Assembly (NCBI RefSeq): GCF_008065095.1
Contig: NZ_CP042911.1
Span: forward strand, 5,850,001-5,882,000
Reading direction: 5' to 3'
Origin: Gemmata obscuriglobus
Lineage (GTDB): Bacteria > Planctomycetota > Planctomycetia > Gemmatales > Gemmataceae
DNA length: 32,000 bases
Below, one piece after another: positions 1 to 9,417 of the stretch. Position numbers and translations under genes: made by a program. The first letter of the stretch is position 1. Every line of letters starts with the position of its first letter. The notes under the pieces are model-generated. The model had not been told where the DNA came from. It saw nothing but the letters and a program-made list of their open reading frames with translations, and made no database searches.

Positions 1-3000
1 TCGCCGTGGGCCGGTCGCCCAGGTCGTAGTAGTACCCGGCGTAGCTCACCCGCGCCCCGATCCCGCCCGACGGCGAGCCCAGCGCGCCGGTCCCGGTGGC
101 GTCGTGGAACCGCTCCCGGCTCGTCACCGTCAGCACGTTCCCGCTCGCGTCGTACCCGTACTCCGCCTGCGTCAGAACCGTGTCCCCGGTCACGTCGTCG
201 GCGTCGGAATACCCGATGTCCCCGCCCCCGTCCGTCGTGTAGTTGACGGTGAGCCGGCCCGCCCCGTCGTAGCTGGATTTCTGCACCAAGCCGCCCGGCG
301 ACACGGTCTTGAGCACCTGCCCGCGGGCGTCGTACCACGTGAGCGAATACAGCGTGTTGGAGCCCACGTTCCCGGTACCCGGGTCGACCGCGTAGGTGTC
401 GGTGCGGTACACCCGCCCCAACTCGTCGTAGCTGGTGGTGGACTGCGCCCGCAGCAGGCTGGAACTGAGCGGCTGTGGCACCCCGCCCGTCACGCTGGGG
501 GTCGCCCCGTCGGCGTCGTACACCCGGGTCTTGGTCACCTGCCCCAGGTTGTCGTAGTCGGTGTACACGAGCGGCCGGTTCACACTCGTGGACTCGCTCG
601 ACTCCACGCCCTGCTTCACCGCCACGGCCCGGCCCCGCCAGTCGAACCAGGTCTGCGTCACCCGCGCAGCGGCCCCGCCGCCCGGGTACTCGGTCACCGT
701 GGTCAGGTTCCCGTCCCCGACGCCGCCCCCGTCGTACTCGTACGCCCGCACCTTCACCATGTTGGTGCCGGTCAGGTTGGTCGTGCTCCAGAACCCGGTG
801 GTGGGCGTGTCGTCGGTGCCCACCCACACGCTCACCGCCCGCCCCAGCGCGTCGTACTCGGTGCGGGTGATGGTGCCCGCCGCGCTCACCGCCTTGTTCG
901 ACTGCCCCGTCTTCCCGTACCCGGTCTGGGTGCGGTAAAAGTTCACCCCCTCGGTGCCCAGCGTCGCCGACGTCGAATACGTCAGCCCGCTCAGGGCGAA
1001 GTACGCGTCCGTGTGCGTCGCCTGTCCGACCGCGTTCACGTACGTGCGGGACAGCGACTGCACCTGGGAGATGGACTCGGCCCCGGTCGGCCGCCCGCCG
1101 CTCACCGCCGGAGCCGCGCTCATCGTCAGGGTTTCGGTGTACCCGTTCGCCGCGTCCGTGCGGGTCACCGTCGTCGGCCCGGTCGGGCGGTTCGTAGTAG
1201 CATCCCAGCCGGCATACGTGCGCACCTCGCGCGCGTCGTCGTCGTACACCGTGTAGTCCACCCGCCCGTTCGGGGCCGTCACCTTGGTCGCACGCCCGAG
1301 CGCATCCACCTCGTAGCTGGTCGTCAGGTGCAGCCCGCCGCCCGACGGGGTGGCCCACCCGCTGGGCAGGTTCGCGAACGTCCCGGTCTGGGCCGTGTCC
1401 ACGTCGGTGATGGTCTTCACCACCGCCCCGGTGGCCGCGTCGTACGCGGTGTACGTCAGGAACCCGGCCTGATCCTTCTGCCACACCGGGCGGCCGAACG
1501 CGTCGTTCACCGTCGTGACCGTGGTGGCGCTGTTGGACCCGTTCTGCGCCGTGGTGACGGTCGGCAACGTGACCGTGGTCGAAGCGATGTCGTTGGTGCC
1601 GGACCGGAACGTGTAACTGTAGCTCGTCGTCTGCCCGCCGGTCCCGTTGTCGTTCCGGTACACCGTCTCCGACGCCAGGTGGAAGAAGTCGAGCCCACCC
1701 ACCGTGTTCAGGATGTAGGTGAGCGTCTGCTGCGGCACCGCCGTCCCGGTCTCACCCTGCTGGATCGCCGACTGCTTCAGGTACCCGATCGCGTCGCCCG
1801 CGGCCGAGAGAGTCGCGGTGGTGATGCTCCCGTACGTGTACACCGTCACCAGGCCGGCCGTGTCGCTCAGGTACGTCGCGTTCCCGCCGCTGTACCCGAC
1901 CAGGTCCGCGTACCCCTCGCTGTACCCGGTCACCGCGCTGGGGGCTGCCGTCAGCGCCACCTGCCCGTCGGCCGTGTACCGGGTGTAGCTCACCCACGTG
2001 CGCCCGCCCGCCCCGGGCTCTGTCGCCGCCGTCAACAGCGTCTGCCCGCTGGTGTTCGCGTACCGCTTGGTCACCGTCCCGTCGTCCCGGGTCTCGGTCA
2101 CCACCGTCCGCCACTCGTTCACCCCGTAGCTGGCCGCCGAGCGCGTGTCGTAGGACAGCGTGTACGTGCCCAGCCCGCCGTCGCACGCGCTGCACCCGGC
2201 CCCCGCCGTCACCACCTTGGTCACCCGCCCGCTCGCGTCGTACTCGAAGTAGTTGTCCGCGTACGGAGACACCTGCGCGTCGGTCAGCGCGTCCAGCGCG
2301 GTGGCCGGGTACGCCTGCTTGAGCCGGGCCACCGCGTCGGCGCCCAGGTGGAACTTCAGCGCCCCGGCGTACCCGGCGGTCGCGCCGCTCGCGTAGTACC
2401 GGGTGTACGTCTCCCCCAGCACCGCCCCGGCCCCGTCCTTGTCGACCGTGCCCACCAGCGCCGGGCCGCTCGCCCCGGCCGGCGTCGCGTAGCTCAGCTC
2501 GGTGGACCGGACGGTCGCGAACGCGCCGCCCGACGGCTTCCGCTCGCGGGTCACCGTGGCCACCTGCCCGGCGCTGTTGTACGTGTACGCGAGCCGCTCC
2601 GTCTCCCCGGTCGCGGCGTCCACCTTCTGCAACCCCAGGGGCCGCCCGGCCGTGTCGTACGCGGTCACCGACACGGCGTTCCCGGCGGCGTCGGCCCGCG
2701 ACTTGAGCCGCCCGCGCAGCTCCGGCGCGACCGACGTGGACAGGTCGTAGAACACCTGCGTGCTGCCGTCCCCGGCGGTGAGCGTGTACTCGTTGTTGAC
2801 GGCGTCCAGCTTGAGCCGGATCGTGCTCCCGAACCCGGTCGTGTATCCGCCCCCGGACGCGGCGTCGAAGCTGACCCGCGAGTTGGCCGAGGTGATCACC
2901 GCCACGTCGCCCGTGGTCGCGTCGGTGGACACCAGCCGGGTCCAGTCCCCGACCTGGGTGCCGGCGCCCGCCGTCCCCTCGGCGTACCCGAGCGCGTTGC

Positions 3001-4762
3001 TCCAGGTCACCCCGCTGCTCATCCCCGGCCCGAACCCGTCCCCGCCCACGCTCGCCAGCACCACCCGCACCGCGCCCGTGTCCTCCACACCGGACTCGGT
3101 CTTCGTCACCCCGCCGTTGTTCGCGGCCCCGTCGGACTCGACCAGTTCCGCGGACACACACGTTTCGGTTGGCTGGCTGGGGCGAATCGGATCAAAAATC
3201 ACGACCCCGCCGCTTCCGCCCGAACTGCCGCCGCTCCCGCCGCTCCCGCCCGAACTGCCGCCGCTCCCGCCGCTCCCGCCCGAACTGCCGCCGCTCCCGC
3301 CGCTCCCACCCGAACTCCCGCCGCTGACGTTAACGGAGACGGTGGCCGTGGCGGTGTGCCCGTGCCCGTCGGCGATCGTGTACGTGAAGCTGTCGGGGCC
3401 GGAGTATCCCGCGCTCGAGGTGTAGTTGATCACGCTCCCGCTGACCGCCGCCGTGCCGTGGGAGGGCGTGCCGACGGTCGTGATGTAGATCGTGTCCAGG
3501 TCCGGGTCGGAGTCGTTGCTCATGACCGCGATCGCGGCCAGCGTGCCCGAGCCGACCGTGACGGTGTCACCCACCGCAACCGGAGGCGAGTTGCCCCCGC
3601 TCCCGCCGGAGCCGCCCGACCCGCCGCTCACGTCCTCCGGGTCGTTGCTGGCCCCCACGTACAGGCCGCCCGTGTACCCGGCCCCGAACGGCGTGTACCC
3701 GGTCATCGGGGCCGCCAGCTCCGCGCCCGTGGCCCCGTCGAACACCTTGACCTGGCCCGGAACCCCGGCCCCGGTGGCCGCCACCACGTCTGCCACCCCG
3801 TCGTCGCTCACGTACGCCACCGCCACCCGCACCCCGGCCGTCATCTCGGCCCCGAACGGGCTGAAGTCCGACACCACGGCTCCGGTCACCCCGTCGAATA
3901 CCCGGACCCGGGACCCGGTCCCCGGCCCGGTCCCCACCACCAGGTCCGCCCGGCCATCACCCGTGACGTCACCCGCCAGGAGGTCCGCACCGACTTCGAC
4001 GCCACTCGTGAGCGCCGAGTCGAACGCGTAGAAGCTGCCCAGCGGCCCCGCGATCGGCTGCCCGGTAGCCAAGTCGAACACCTTGACGTGCGGCCCGGCC
4101 CCCGGGCCGGCACCCACCACCAGCTCGGCCTTACCATCCCCGGTGAAGTCCGCCGCCGCGACCGTGGCCCCGCCCGCGAACGCCGGCGCGAACGCGTAGA
4201 ACGAGGCCAGCTCCCCGCCGGTCCGGCCGCTGAACACCTTCACGTGCGGCCCGGCACCCGGTCCGGCCGCGGTGACCAGGTCCGCCCACCCGTCCCCGTC
4301 CACGTCCCCACTCGCCACGTACACCCCGCCGGTGAACCCGGCGTCGTACGCGTAGAAGCTCCCGAGCGGGCCGCTGAGCACGTCCCCCGTGCGGCCGTCG
4401 TACACCTTCACGTGCGGCCCGCCCCCGGGGCCGGCCGCGGCGATCAGGTCCGGCATCCCGTCGTGGTTCACGTCCCCGGCGGCCACCCGCACCCCGCCCG
4501 TGAACCCGGCGTCGAACGGCTGCCGCTCGAACGCCAGCTCCCCGGTCTCCCCGTAGTACGCCCGCACCAGGGGCGGGGCGCCGGTGGCCCCGCCGACGAA
4601 CACCAGCGGCACCGGCAACGGCCGCCCGTCCGGCACCAGCCGGTCCTCGAGCGTCGTCAGGCGCAGGCCGGCCGGGCGCGGACTGGTGGCCGCGCGCCGC
4701 GTCAAGGTGCGAACAATGCGACGGAACGGCTTCAGCAGGATCCAACGGTTCAACCGCGTCAT
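1..4762 (-). CDS. Giant secreted FG-GAP/VCBS + cadherin-like + RHS/YD-repeat protein; the C-terminal part continues beyond the left edge of the window
   Basis: It is absent from the ORF track because it has no stop inside the window. Hand translation of the minus strand from the ATG at 4762 gives MTRLNRWILLKPFRRIVRTLTRRAATSPRPAGLRLTTLEDRLVPDGRPL. About five FG-GAP-like units follow (GDVNHDGMPDLIAAAGPGGGPHVKVY, GDVDGDGWADLV, DFTGDGKAELVVGAGPG, GDVTGDGRADLVVGTGPG). Next come a cadherin/Ig-like unit (MSNDSDPDLDTIYITTV...FTYTIADGHGH), a Gly/Ser linker and YD-repeat text. The same frame is still open at nt 2-58 (GARVSYAGYYYDLGDRPTA). The 1611-aa plus-strand ORF 104..4939 is its antisense shadow. 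Confidence 0.85.
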   Translation of the reverse strand, partial: MTRLNRWILLKPFRRIVRTLTRRAATSPRPAGLRLTTLEDRLVPDGRPLPVPLVFVGGATGAPPLVRAYYGETGELAFERQPFDAGFTGGVRVAAGDVNHDGMPDLIAAAGPGGGPHVKVYDGRTGDVLSGPLGSFYAYDAGFTGGVYVASGDVDGDGWADLVTAAGPGAGPHVKVFSGRTGGELASFYAFAPAFAGGATVAAADFTGDGKAELVVGAGPGAGPHVKVFDLATGQPIAGPLGSFYAFDSALTSGVEVGADLLAGDVTGDGRADLVVGTGPGTGSRVRVFDGVTGAVVSDFSPFGAEMTAGVRVAVAYVSDDGVADVVAATGAGVPGQVKVFDGATGAELAAPMTGYTPFGAGYTGGLYVGASNDPEDVSGGSGGSGGSGGNSPPVAVGDTVTVGSGTLAAIAVMSNDSDPDLDTIYITTVGTPSHGTAAVSGSVINYTSSAGYSGPDSFTYTIADGHGHTATATVSVNVSGGSSGGSGGSGGSSGGSGGSGGSSGGSGGSGGSSGGSGGVVIFDPIRPSQPTETCVSAELVESDGAANNGGVTKTESGVEDTGAVRVVLASVGGDGFGPGMSSGVTWSNALGYAEGTAGAGTQVGDWTRLVSTDATTGDVAVITSANSRVSFDAASGGGYTTGFGSTIRLKLDAVNNEYTLTAGDGSTQVFYDLSTSVAPELRGRLKSRADAAGNAVSVTAYDTAGRPLGLQKVDAATGETERLAYTYNSAGQVATVTRERKPSGGAFATVRSTELSYATPAGASGPALVGTVDKDGAGAVLGETYTRYYASGATAGYAGALKFHLGADAVARLKQAYPATALDALTDAQVSPYADNYFEYDASGRVTKVVTAGAGCSACDGGLGTYTLSYDTRSAASYGVNEWRTVVTETRDDGTVTKRYANTSGQTLLTAATEPGAGGRTWVSYTRYTADGQVALTAAPSAVTGYSEGYADLVGYSGGNATYLSDTAGLVTVYTYGSITTATLSAAGDAIGYLKQSAIQQGETGTAVPQQTLTYILNTVGGLDFFHLASETVYRNDNGTGGQTTSYSYTFRSGTNDIASTTVTLPTVTTAQNGSNSATTVTTVNDAFGRPVWQKDQAGFLTYTAYDAATGAVVKTITDVDTAQTGTFANLPSGWATPSGGGLHLTTSYEVDALGRATKVTAPNGRVDYTVYDDDAREVRTYAGWDATTNRPTGPTTVTRTDAANGYTETLTMSAAPAVSGGRPTGAESISQVQSLSRTYVNAVGQATHTDAYFALSGLTYSTSATLGTEGVNFYRTQTGYGKTGQSNKAVSAAGTITRTEYDALGRAVSVWVGTDDTPTTGFWSTTNLTGTNMVKVRAYEYDGGGVGDGNLTTVTEYPGGGAAARVTQTWFDWRGRAVAVKQGVESSESTSVNRPLVYTDYDNLGQVTKTRVYDADGATPSVTGGVPQPLSSSLLRAQSTTSYDELGRVYRTDTYAVDPGTGNVGSNTLYSLTWYDARGQVLKTVSPGGLVQKSSYDGAGRLTVNYTTDGGGDIGYSDADDVTGDTVLTQAEYGYDASGNVLTVTSRERFHDATGTGALGSPSGGIGARVSYAGYYYDLGDRPTA
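3207..3326 (-). repeat. 30-bp tandem repeat, about 4 copies, encoding the (GGSGGSGGSS)n linker of the RHS protein
   Basis: The unit is cgaactgccgccgctcccgccgctcccgcc. Copies lie at 3221-3250, 3251-3280 and 3281-3310 (one mismatch), with partial copies on both sides. It is in frame in the minus-strand CDS. Confidence 0.9.
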
Positions 4763-4933
4763 CGATCGGGCCTCGACGGGGCTAGGGGGAATCGTCCGGA
4801 GTACGCCGCCGTCCGGCGGCCGGTCCACGTTGCTGTGATCGCTCAGAATTATTGCGGAATGCTATATCTTACGCAATATAGTGGCAAGGAAATTGTAATA
4901 TTTCACACGTTATGTACAAATGAAACTCATCCA
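4763..4933 (-). promoter_or_regulatory. AT-rich intergenic island upstream of the RHS gene; probable promoter/5' UTR region
   Basis: This is the only strongly AT-rich stretch in the first 7.6 kb (for example aattattgcggaatgctatatcttacgcaatatagtggcaaggaaattgtaatatttcacacgttatgtacaaatgaaactcat). It lies between the stop of the glycosyltransferase gene (4934) and the ATG of the RHS gene (4762). It contains small inverted repeats (ATTGCG-N15-CGCAAT; TATAGTGG...CCACTATA). No -35/-10 boxes could be assigned with confidence. Confidence 0.3.
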
Positions 4934-7597
4934 CTATAGGCTGTTGCCTAATTGCGCGACAGCCGAGAGGAAGGCGGCCCACTGCGGGGCCACCACGTCC
5001 GGGTGCCAGGTCCGCTCGGCGACCGCCCGAGCACGGGTCGCGGCCGTCGCGTACGCGGCCGGGTCGTCCCACAGCCGCTCGATCGCCGCCACCCACTCGG
5101 CCACCTCGTCCGCGGCCGGCGTGGCCCGGGTTTCGGGCGTGTACCGGGCCGGGATCTCCAGCCGCACGCCCCCGGCGTCCAGGATCTCGCCCAGCCCCCC
5201 GCGCCCGGACCCGAGCACCGGGATCCCGTTGGCCAGGGCTTCGACGGCCACGCGGGTCAGCGCCTCTTGCACCAGGGACGGGACCAGGACCAGCCGGGCG
5301 CGCCGGTAGAACCGTCGCGGGTCCGGGGTGTTCCGCATCCGCAGCAGGGTCCCGGCCCCGCCCAGCTCGAGCCCGCACCGGGCTAGCCAGTCGATGGTGC
5401 CCCGGCCCTCCACGACGAGGACCGGGATGTCGGGTCGGGTGCGGCCCAGCACCTCGGCGACGCGGGCGAACCAGAACACGCCCTTGGCCGGCTCCGGGTT
5501 CACGAACGTCACGTACTTCGGGGCCACCTCCTCGCACCGGAACCGGTCCCAGTTCCACGGCCCCGGGAGGACCACCGGGGCCACGCCCAGCGCCCGGTAG
5601 TGGTCCCGGCTGAACGCCGACGGCACCACCACCGCGGCGCACCCGCGGAACGCGTCGGCGGACGTGTACGCGAGGTTGTGGAGCCAGAATACCGGCGCCG
5701 CGCCGGCCGCCCGGGCGAGCGCCGGGACCGCCCCGCTGGCCGCGTCCCCGCCGTAGTGCAGCACCACGTCCGGGCGGAACCGCTCCACCGCCGCGCCCAG
5801 CCGGGCCGCGAACGCGCGGGCCTCAGCCGGACTCGGGTGCCGCCGCGCCGCCGGCGGGTCCGGGGCGAACACGGTCACCGGGTACCCGCCGGGCGCGTCG
5901 TACCGGTACTCGGTGAACGTACACCCGTCGGCGGAGCCGGCGGCGACGATCGTTCCCGGGCGGGCGCGGAGCCGGTCGCCCACGGGCGCGCCGGCGGCGT
6001 CCAGGTGCGGGCCGGTGAACACCGCGCACGCCCACCCGCGGGCGGTCAGCAGGTCGAACAGGTCGTGGGTGCACAGGGCCGCGCCGCTGGTCGGGTCGTC
6101 GAAGCAGTGGTACGACGCGAACAGCACCCGCGGCGGGCCGGTGCGGGCCGCCCGCGCGAGCGGGGCCATCCCCTGAGCCAGATCCGCCCGCACCAGCGTG
6201 AGCACGTCTCCCGCCGCCGTGTGGGGCGCCGCCCGCACCGGCACGTGCCCGGCGGTCAGTTCGCCGATCCGGCGGCGCAACGCGTCGGTGTGGCACGCGA
6301 CCAGCAGCACCTTAACCCGGCCGAGGCGGGGGCCGAGCCGCTCCAGGATGTCGGCCTCGGCGCCCGGGGCGCTCACCTTGAGCACGTCTACCTCGCCGAG
6401 CCCCAACTCGTCCCACGCGGCGGCCGCGTCCCGCACCGGCACCGGCACCCGGCCCGCTGGTCGCGGCACTCGCTCGGACACGGTCGAGTGCCCGGCCCCG
6501 GAGCTGGGGTCCAACAGCAACTCGGCGGTCCCGTCCGCGGCCCCGAGCGCGACCGGGTGCACCATCACCCCCGGCCACCCGGCCGTGTTCCACCGCAGCA
6601 ACTCGATGTGCGGGGCGTGCGGCTCGAAACAGTGCACCGTCACGCGGGCGCCCCAGGCCAGCACCGCGTAGGCGGCGAACGCGCCGCAGTGAGCCCCGAC
6701 GTCCACCACCACCGGCGGGTCCGCCAGGGCTGCGGCTGGCACCCCGGCGTATGCGCCGCGGGCGAAGATCCGGTCCGCCACCCCGGCGTCCCGGTCCGGC
6801 ACCCGGAGCGTGTGCGCGGTGCCGTTGCAGCGCACCTCAAGAGTCGCGATCGGCGGCTCGGTGCGCGGGGCCGGGGCTTGCGTGCGCCACGGCAGCCGTG
6901 CGGGGGCCGGGCGCGGCACCACCGGGTCCGGCGGACTGGCCCCGTACGCGCCTTCGGCGCGGACGTGGCACCGCCCGCTCGTCTCGGGGGCGAACACGAA
7001 CACCGCCCCGGCGGTCGCGAACCGGCGCCACAACTCGCTGTCCGGCTCGCGCAAGAGCCGCACGTCGAACCCGCCGGTGTGGTCGGTCACCGCCCGGCGG
7101 TGCGCCACCCCGAGGGGCACCGCGATGTGCTCCCGGAACAGCCGGTCGTGGAACGGGGCCGGGTCGTGCGTGTGCGTCCGGCCGAACCACGGGTGCCCGG
7201 GCCGCTCCTCCACCAGTTCGTACCGGAACACCAGCACGTCGGCGTCGGCCCCGGCGCGGGCGGCGACGTGCGCCAGGTACTGCGGGTCGAACTCGTCGTC
7301 CGGGTCCAGGTACACCACCCACGCGCCCCGCGCCCGGGCGAGCGCGGCGTTGCGGGCGGCCGACACCCCGCCGCTGGCCGGGAGCCGATGCACCCGCACG
7401 CGGGCGTCCGCGGCCGCCACCGCCTCGGCGACCGCCGCCGACCCGTCCGTGGACCCGTCGTCCACCACCACGCACTCCCAGTCGCCCCGCGTCTGCGCCC
7501 GCACCGAGGCCAGCGCGCGATCGATCCGGCCCGCCCCGTTGAACAGGGGCACCACGACCGTAACGAACGGATTACCAGACGGGGCGTCAGGGCGCAT
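4934..7597 (-). CDS. Three-domain sugar-modifying enzyme: N-terminal family-2 glycosyltransferase, central FkbM-type SAM methyltransferase, C-terminal GT4/GT-B glycosyltransferase (887 aa)
   Basis: The ORF track protein shows three recognisable domains. GT2 signature: FVTVVVPLFNGAGRIDRALASVRAQTRGDWECVVVDDGSTDGS...YLDPDDEF. FkbM-like block: VVVDVGAHCGAFAAYAVLAWGARVTVHCFEPHAPHIELLRWN...DVLKVSAPGAEADIL. GT-B/GT4 C-terminus: RVLFASYHCFDDPTSGAA...EALTRVAVEALANGIPVLGSGRGGLGEIL. The plus-strand ORF 5600..7651 is its shadow. Confidence 0.9.
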   Translation of the reverse strand: MRPDAPSGNPFVTVVVPLFNGAGRIDRALASVRAQTRGDWECVVVDDGSTDGSAAVAEAVAAADARVRVHRLPASGGVSAARNAALARARGAWVVYLDPDDEFDPQYLAHVAARAGADADVLVFRYELVEERPGHPWFGRTHTHDPAPFHDRLFREHIAVPLGVAHRRAVTDHTGGFDVRLLREPDSELWRRFATAGAVFVFAPETSGRCHVRAEGAYGASPPDPVVPRPAPARLPWRTQAPAPRTEPPIATLEVRCNGTAHTLRVPDRDAGVADRIFARGAYAGVPAAALADPPVVVDVGAHCGAFAAYAVLAWGARVTVHCFEPHAPHIELLRWNTAGWPGVMVHPVALGAADGTAELLLDPSSGAGHSTVSERVPRPAGRVPVPVRDAAAAWDELGLGEVDVLKVSAPGAEADILERLGPRLGRVKVLLVACHTDALRRRIGELTAGHVPVRAAPHTAAGDVLTLVRADLAQGMAPLARAARTGPPRVLFASYHCFDDPTSGAALCTHDLFDLLTARGWACAVFTGPHLDAAGAPVGDRLRARPGTIVAAGSADGCTFTEYRYDAPGGYPVTVFAPDPPAARRHPSPAEARAFAARLGAAVERFRPDVVLHYGGDAASGAVPALARAAGAAPVFWLHNLAYTSADAFRGCAAVVVPSAFSRDHYRALGVAPVVLPGPWNWDRFRCEEVAPKYVTFVNPEPAKGVFWFARVAEVLGRTRPDIPVLVVEGRGTIDWLARCGLELGGAGTLLRMRNTPDPRRFYRRARLVLVPSLVQEALTRVAVEALANGIPVLGSGRGGLGEILDAGGVRLEIPARYTPETRATPAADEVAEWVAAIERLWDDPAAYATAATRARAVAERTWHPDVVAPQWAAFLSAVAQLGNSL

Positions 7598-8437
7598 CGG
7601 AACCTAACTCGGAACAAGTACGAGACAAACCGTGAGCCCCGACTGCGGTAGCACAGCGAGGTGAGCGTGGCTGCACAGCGAGACTGTGGTACTACCCGCG
7701 GCGACCGGCCGCGGGCGCCGGTCGCGTGTGCGCGACAACGGAGGGGAAGAGGGTATGGTGAAGAGGGTGGGCGGGGCGTTTCAACCGGGCGTCCTCAAAA
7801 GGGCACACCTTGAGCAGACGATCCGCCGTCCGCAACAGACCAGTGCCGAATCAACAGGATTGTTTTAACGCAGCCGATATTCCCACATGCGGCGCGAATT
7901 GTCAACGAAGGAGCACAACTTTTCTTTGCCTTTTACCGTTCCCACGATCGGGCTTGAGCTTGCGTCTTCATTCGGCACTTATCGGGTGCTTGTGCGTGGA
8001 TCTATTTTGTTTCCACAGGCGGCGCGGCCGCCCCCGGGCGCTCCCGGCCCGGTCGGGCTTGCACTGCTCGTGTGCCGCCCCGCCCCGCGCGCAGCCGTCC
8101 GCTCCGCCGCGTGCTCCTTTCGAGACGAACCATTTGAGCGAAGCAGGATTCGGCCAGTCATCCGATCACCAAGCACCGATCACGAGCTCCTCTCCGCAAG
8201 AAGCATCACGCACTGCGAAAGCAGCGGATGGATGGCCCTGTGAACTACGAGCCGGCAATGAGCAGGTGCGCGAGCGCGTGCCGCTCGGCTGAGGTCAGTT
8301 GGCTGGCCAACGTCAGCAGTGCCGCGATCAAAGGCGAGTTGATGCCCTCTAAAATTGCAGAAGGTGGGCTGGTGCAAGCATTGGTGCAAGCGGTCTGCGT
8401 ATTTGCAGACTTGCCTAGATTTCCAGCCGATTCGTTG

Positions 8438-8872
8438 TTAGTCCGATTGGTTCAGGCTCAACTGGTGGTCGATGAACACGTCCGGGTAATGGGCTTCGAT
8501 TCCGAACGGGGAACGGCGCTCGGGCGGGAAGTCCTTGAGGTTGAGCATTACGATCACGTCCACCCGCCCGCGGATCGTGGCGGCCAGGACCTGCCGGTCG
8601 TCTGGGTCCGGGAGTTCGAGACCGTCGATCAGGTCTTCGTACCGGAGATGAGGCAGTCGGGCGCCGCGGCATCCATCAACTGCCGCGTGCGTTCGAGCTT
8701 CTCGCGGGTTAGGTCGGTTCGCTGCTTCCAGCAGGCTCCGCGTCCATTCCTCGTGGATGCGCTCCGTCCACCGCGCGCGGAACATTTTCGCCTCCGCGCG
8801 CGACATGAGGAAGTCGCGGAGCGGGGCGAGGTGCAGGACACAGGTGTCGTAAAGGGCCGTAAAGTTGGACAC
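8438..8872 (-). CDS. PIN-domain ribonuclease toxin (VapC-like)
   Basis: The protein reads VSNFTALYDTCVLHLAPLRDFL...LPDPDDRQVLAATIRGRVDVIVMLNLKDFP, with acidic residues in the usual PIN positions. I prefer the GTG at 8872, 7 nt after the antitoxin stop. The track start at 8944 would overlap the antitoxin by 65 nt in another frame. Confidence 0.7.
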   Translation of the reverse strand: MSNFTALYDTCVLHLAPLRDFLMSRAEAKMFRARWTERIHEEWTRSLLEAANRPNPREARTHAAVDGCRGARLPHLRYEDLIDGLELPDPDDRQVLAATIRGRVDVIVMLNLKDFPPERRSPFGIEAHYPDVFIDHQLSLNQSD

Positions 8873-8879
8873 CGGGCAC

Positions 8880-9269
8880 TTACCCCATTCCGAGTTCTTC
8901 TCCCTCTTCGGCCAGCGCGTCGAGCGCCTGCCGCCGCTTCTCATCCGCGACCCGAGAGTATGCCATGAGGTCGTGGAACTTGATTCGTCGGTGGGTGCCG
9001 ACCATGTGATAGGACGGTTCGTCGCGCTCCAGCAGTTTCACGAGGTACCGGCGCGACACGTTCAGCAGGTCTGCAGCCTGTTGCGTAGTCAACTCGGCGT
9101 GCAGCGGTATGATAGTGCCCGCGTCGCCGCGGGCCATCGCGTTGAGGATGTCAGTGAACAGCCGGAACGCGGCCATCGACACTGCCACCACGTCGCCCGG
9201 TTTCCCGTTCTCCTGAACGGCCACTTTGCCCGTCGGTTTCGCGCGGTCGAGTATCGCCGCGGACATCAT
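8880..9269 (-). CDS. Excisionase/MerR-type helix-turn-helix antitoxin partner of the PIN toxin
   Basis: The C-terminal part LTTQQAADLLNVSRRYLVKLLERDEPSYHMVGTHRRIKFHDLMAYSRVADEKRRQALDALAEEGEELG is typical of HTH_17/excisionase-type antitoxins found upstream of PIN genes. The start is uncertain (ATG at 9269/9266, or internal). The first 63 codons of the track ORF (to 9458) look non-coding. Confidence 0.65.
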   Translation of the reverse strand: MMSAAILDRAKPTGKVAVQENGKPGDVVAVSMAAFRLFTDILNAMARGDAGTIIPLHAELTTQQAADLLNVSRRYLVKLLERDEPSYHMVGTHRRIKFHDLMAYSRVADEKRRQALDALAEEGEELGMG

Positions 9270-9417
9270 TGAGCAACTGGCCGCAGACCCGAACGCGACG
9301 GTGCGCGTGACGATCGAGATCTCGGCCGATTTCCCCGCCGGAGTGAGCGACGCGTTAAAGCGGATTGTGAGCGAGAACGCCAACAGCTTGGGGTTCCACC
9401 CCAAGGAGTGGGAATAG
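9262..9417 (+). pseudogene. C-terminal stub of a DUF499-like (defence-island ATPase) gene; the 5' part is missing
   Basis: The peptide DIIEQLAADPNATVRVTIEISADFPAGVSDALKRIVSENANSLGFHPKEWE* resembles, from memory, the conserved C-terminal tail of DUF499 proteins (pattern V.V.IEI.A..P.G.....R.V.EN...L.F....E). There is nothing upstream in frame. The minus-strand antitoxin gene occupies the position where the gene body should be. Confidence 0.35.

Noticed and set aside
104-4939. 1611-aa plus-strand ORF, the longest in the track, plus nested ORFs such as 1752..3161 and 4131..4745
   Set aside because: The translation is Arg/Pro/Gly/His-rich nonsense with no motifs. The opposite strand in the frame set by the ATG at 4762 reads as clean FG-GAP, cadherin and YD-repeat protein. 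Long antisense ORFs are expected in DNA of about 75% GC.
5600-7651. 683-aa plus-strand ORF and many 60-260-aa ORFs overlapping the glycosyltransferase gene
   Set aside because: These are shadow ORFs of the 887-aa minus-strand gene, which has clear GT2, FkbM and GT4 motifs. Their translations have low-complexity Arg/Pro composition.
7600-8240. Search for an ncRNA, tRNA or small gene in the 640-bp gap upstream of the glycosyltransferase gene
   Set aside because: I found no T-loop, no convincing stem-loop followed by a T-run, and no ORF with sensible composition. The ORFs at 7686, 7810, 7887 and 7979 look random. I treat it as non-coding promoter or remnant DNA.
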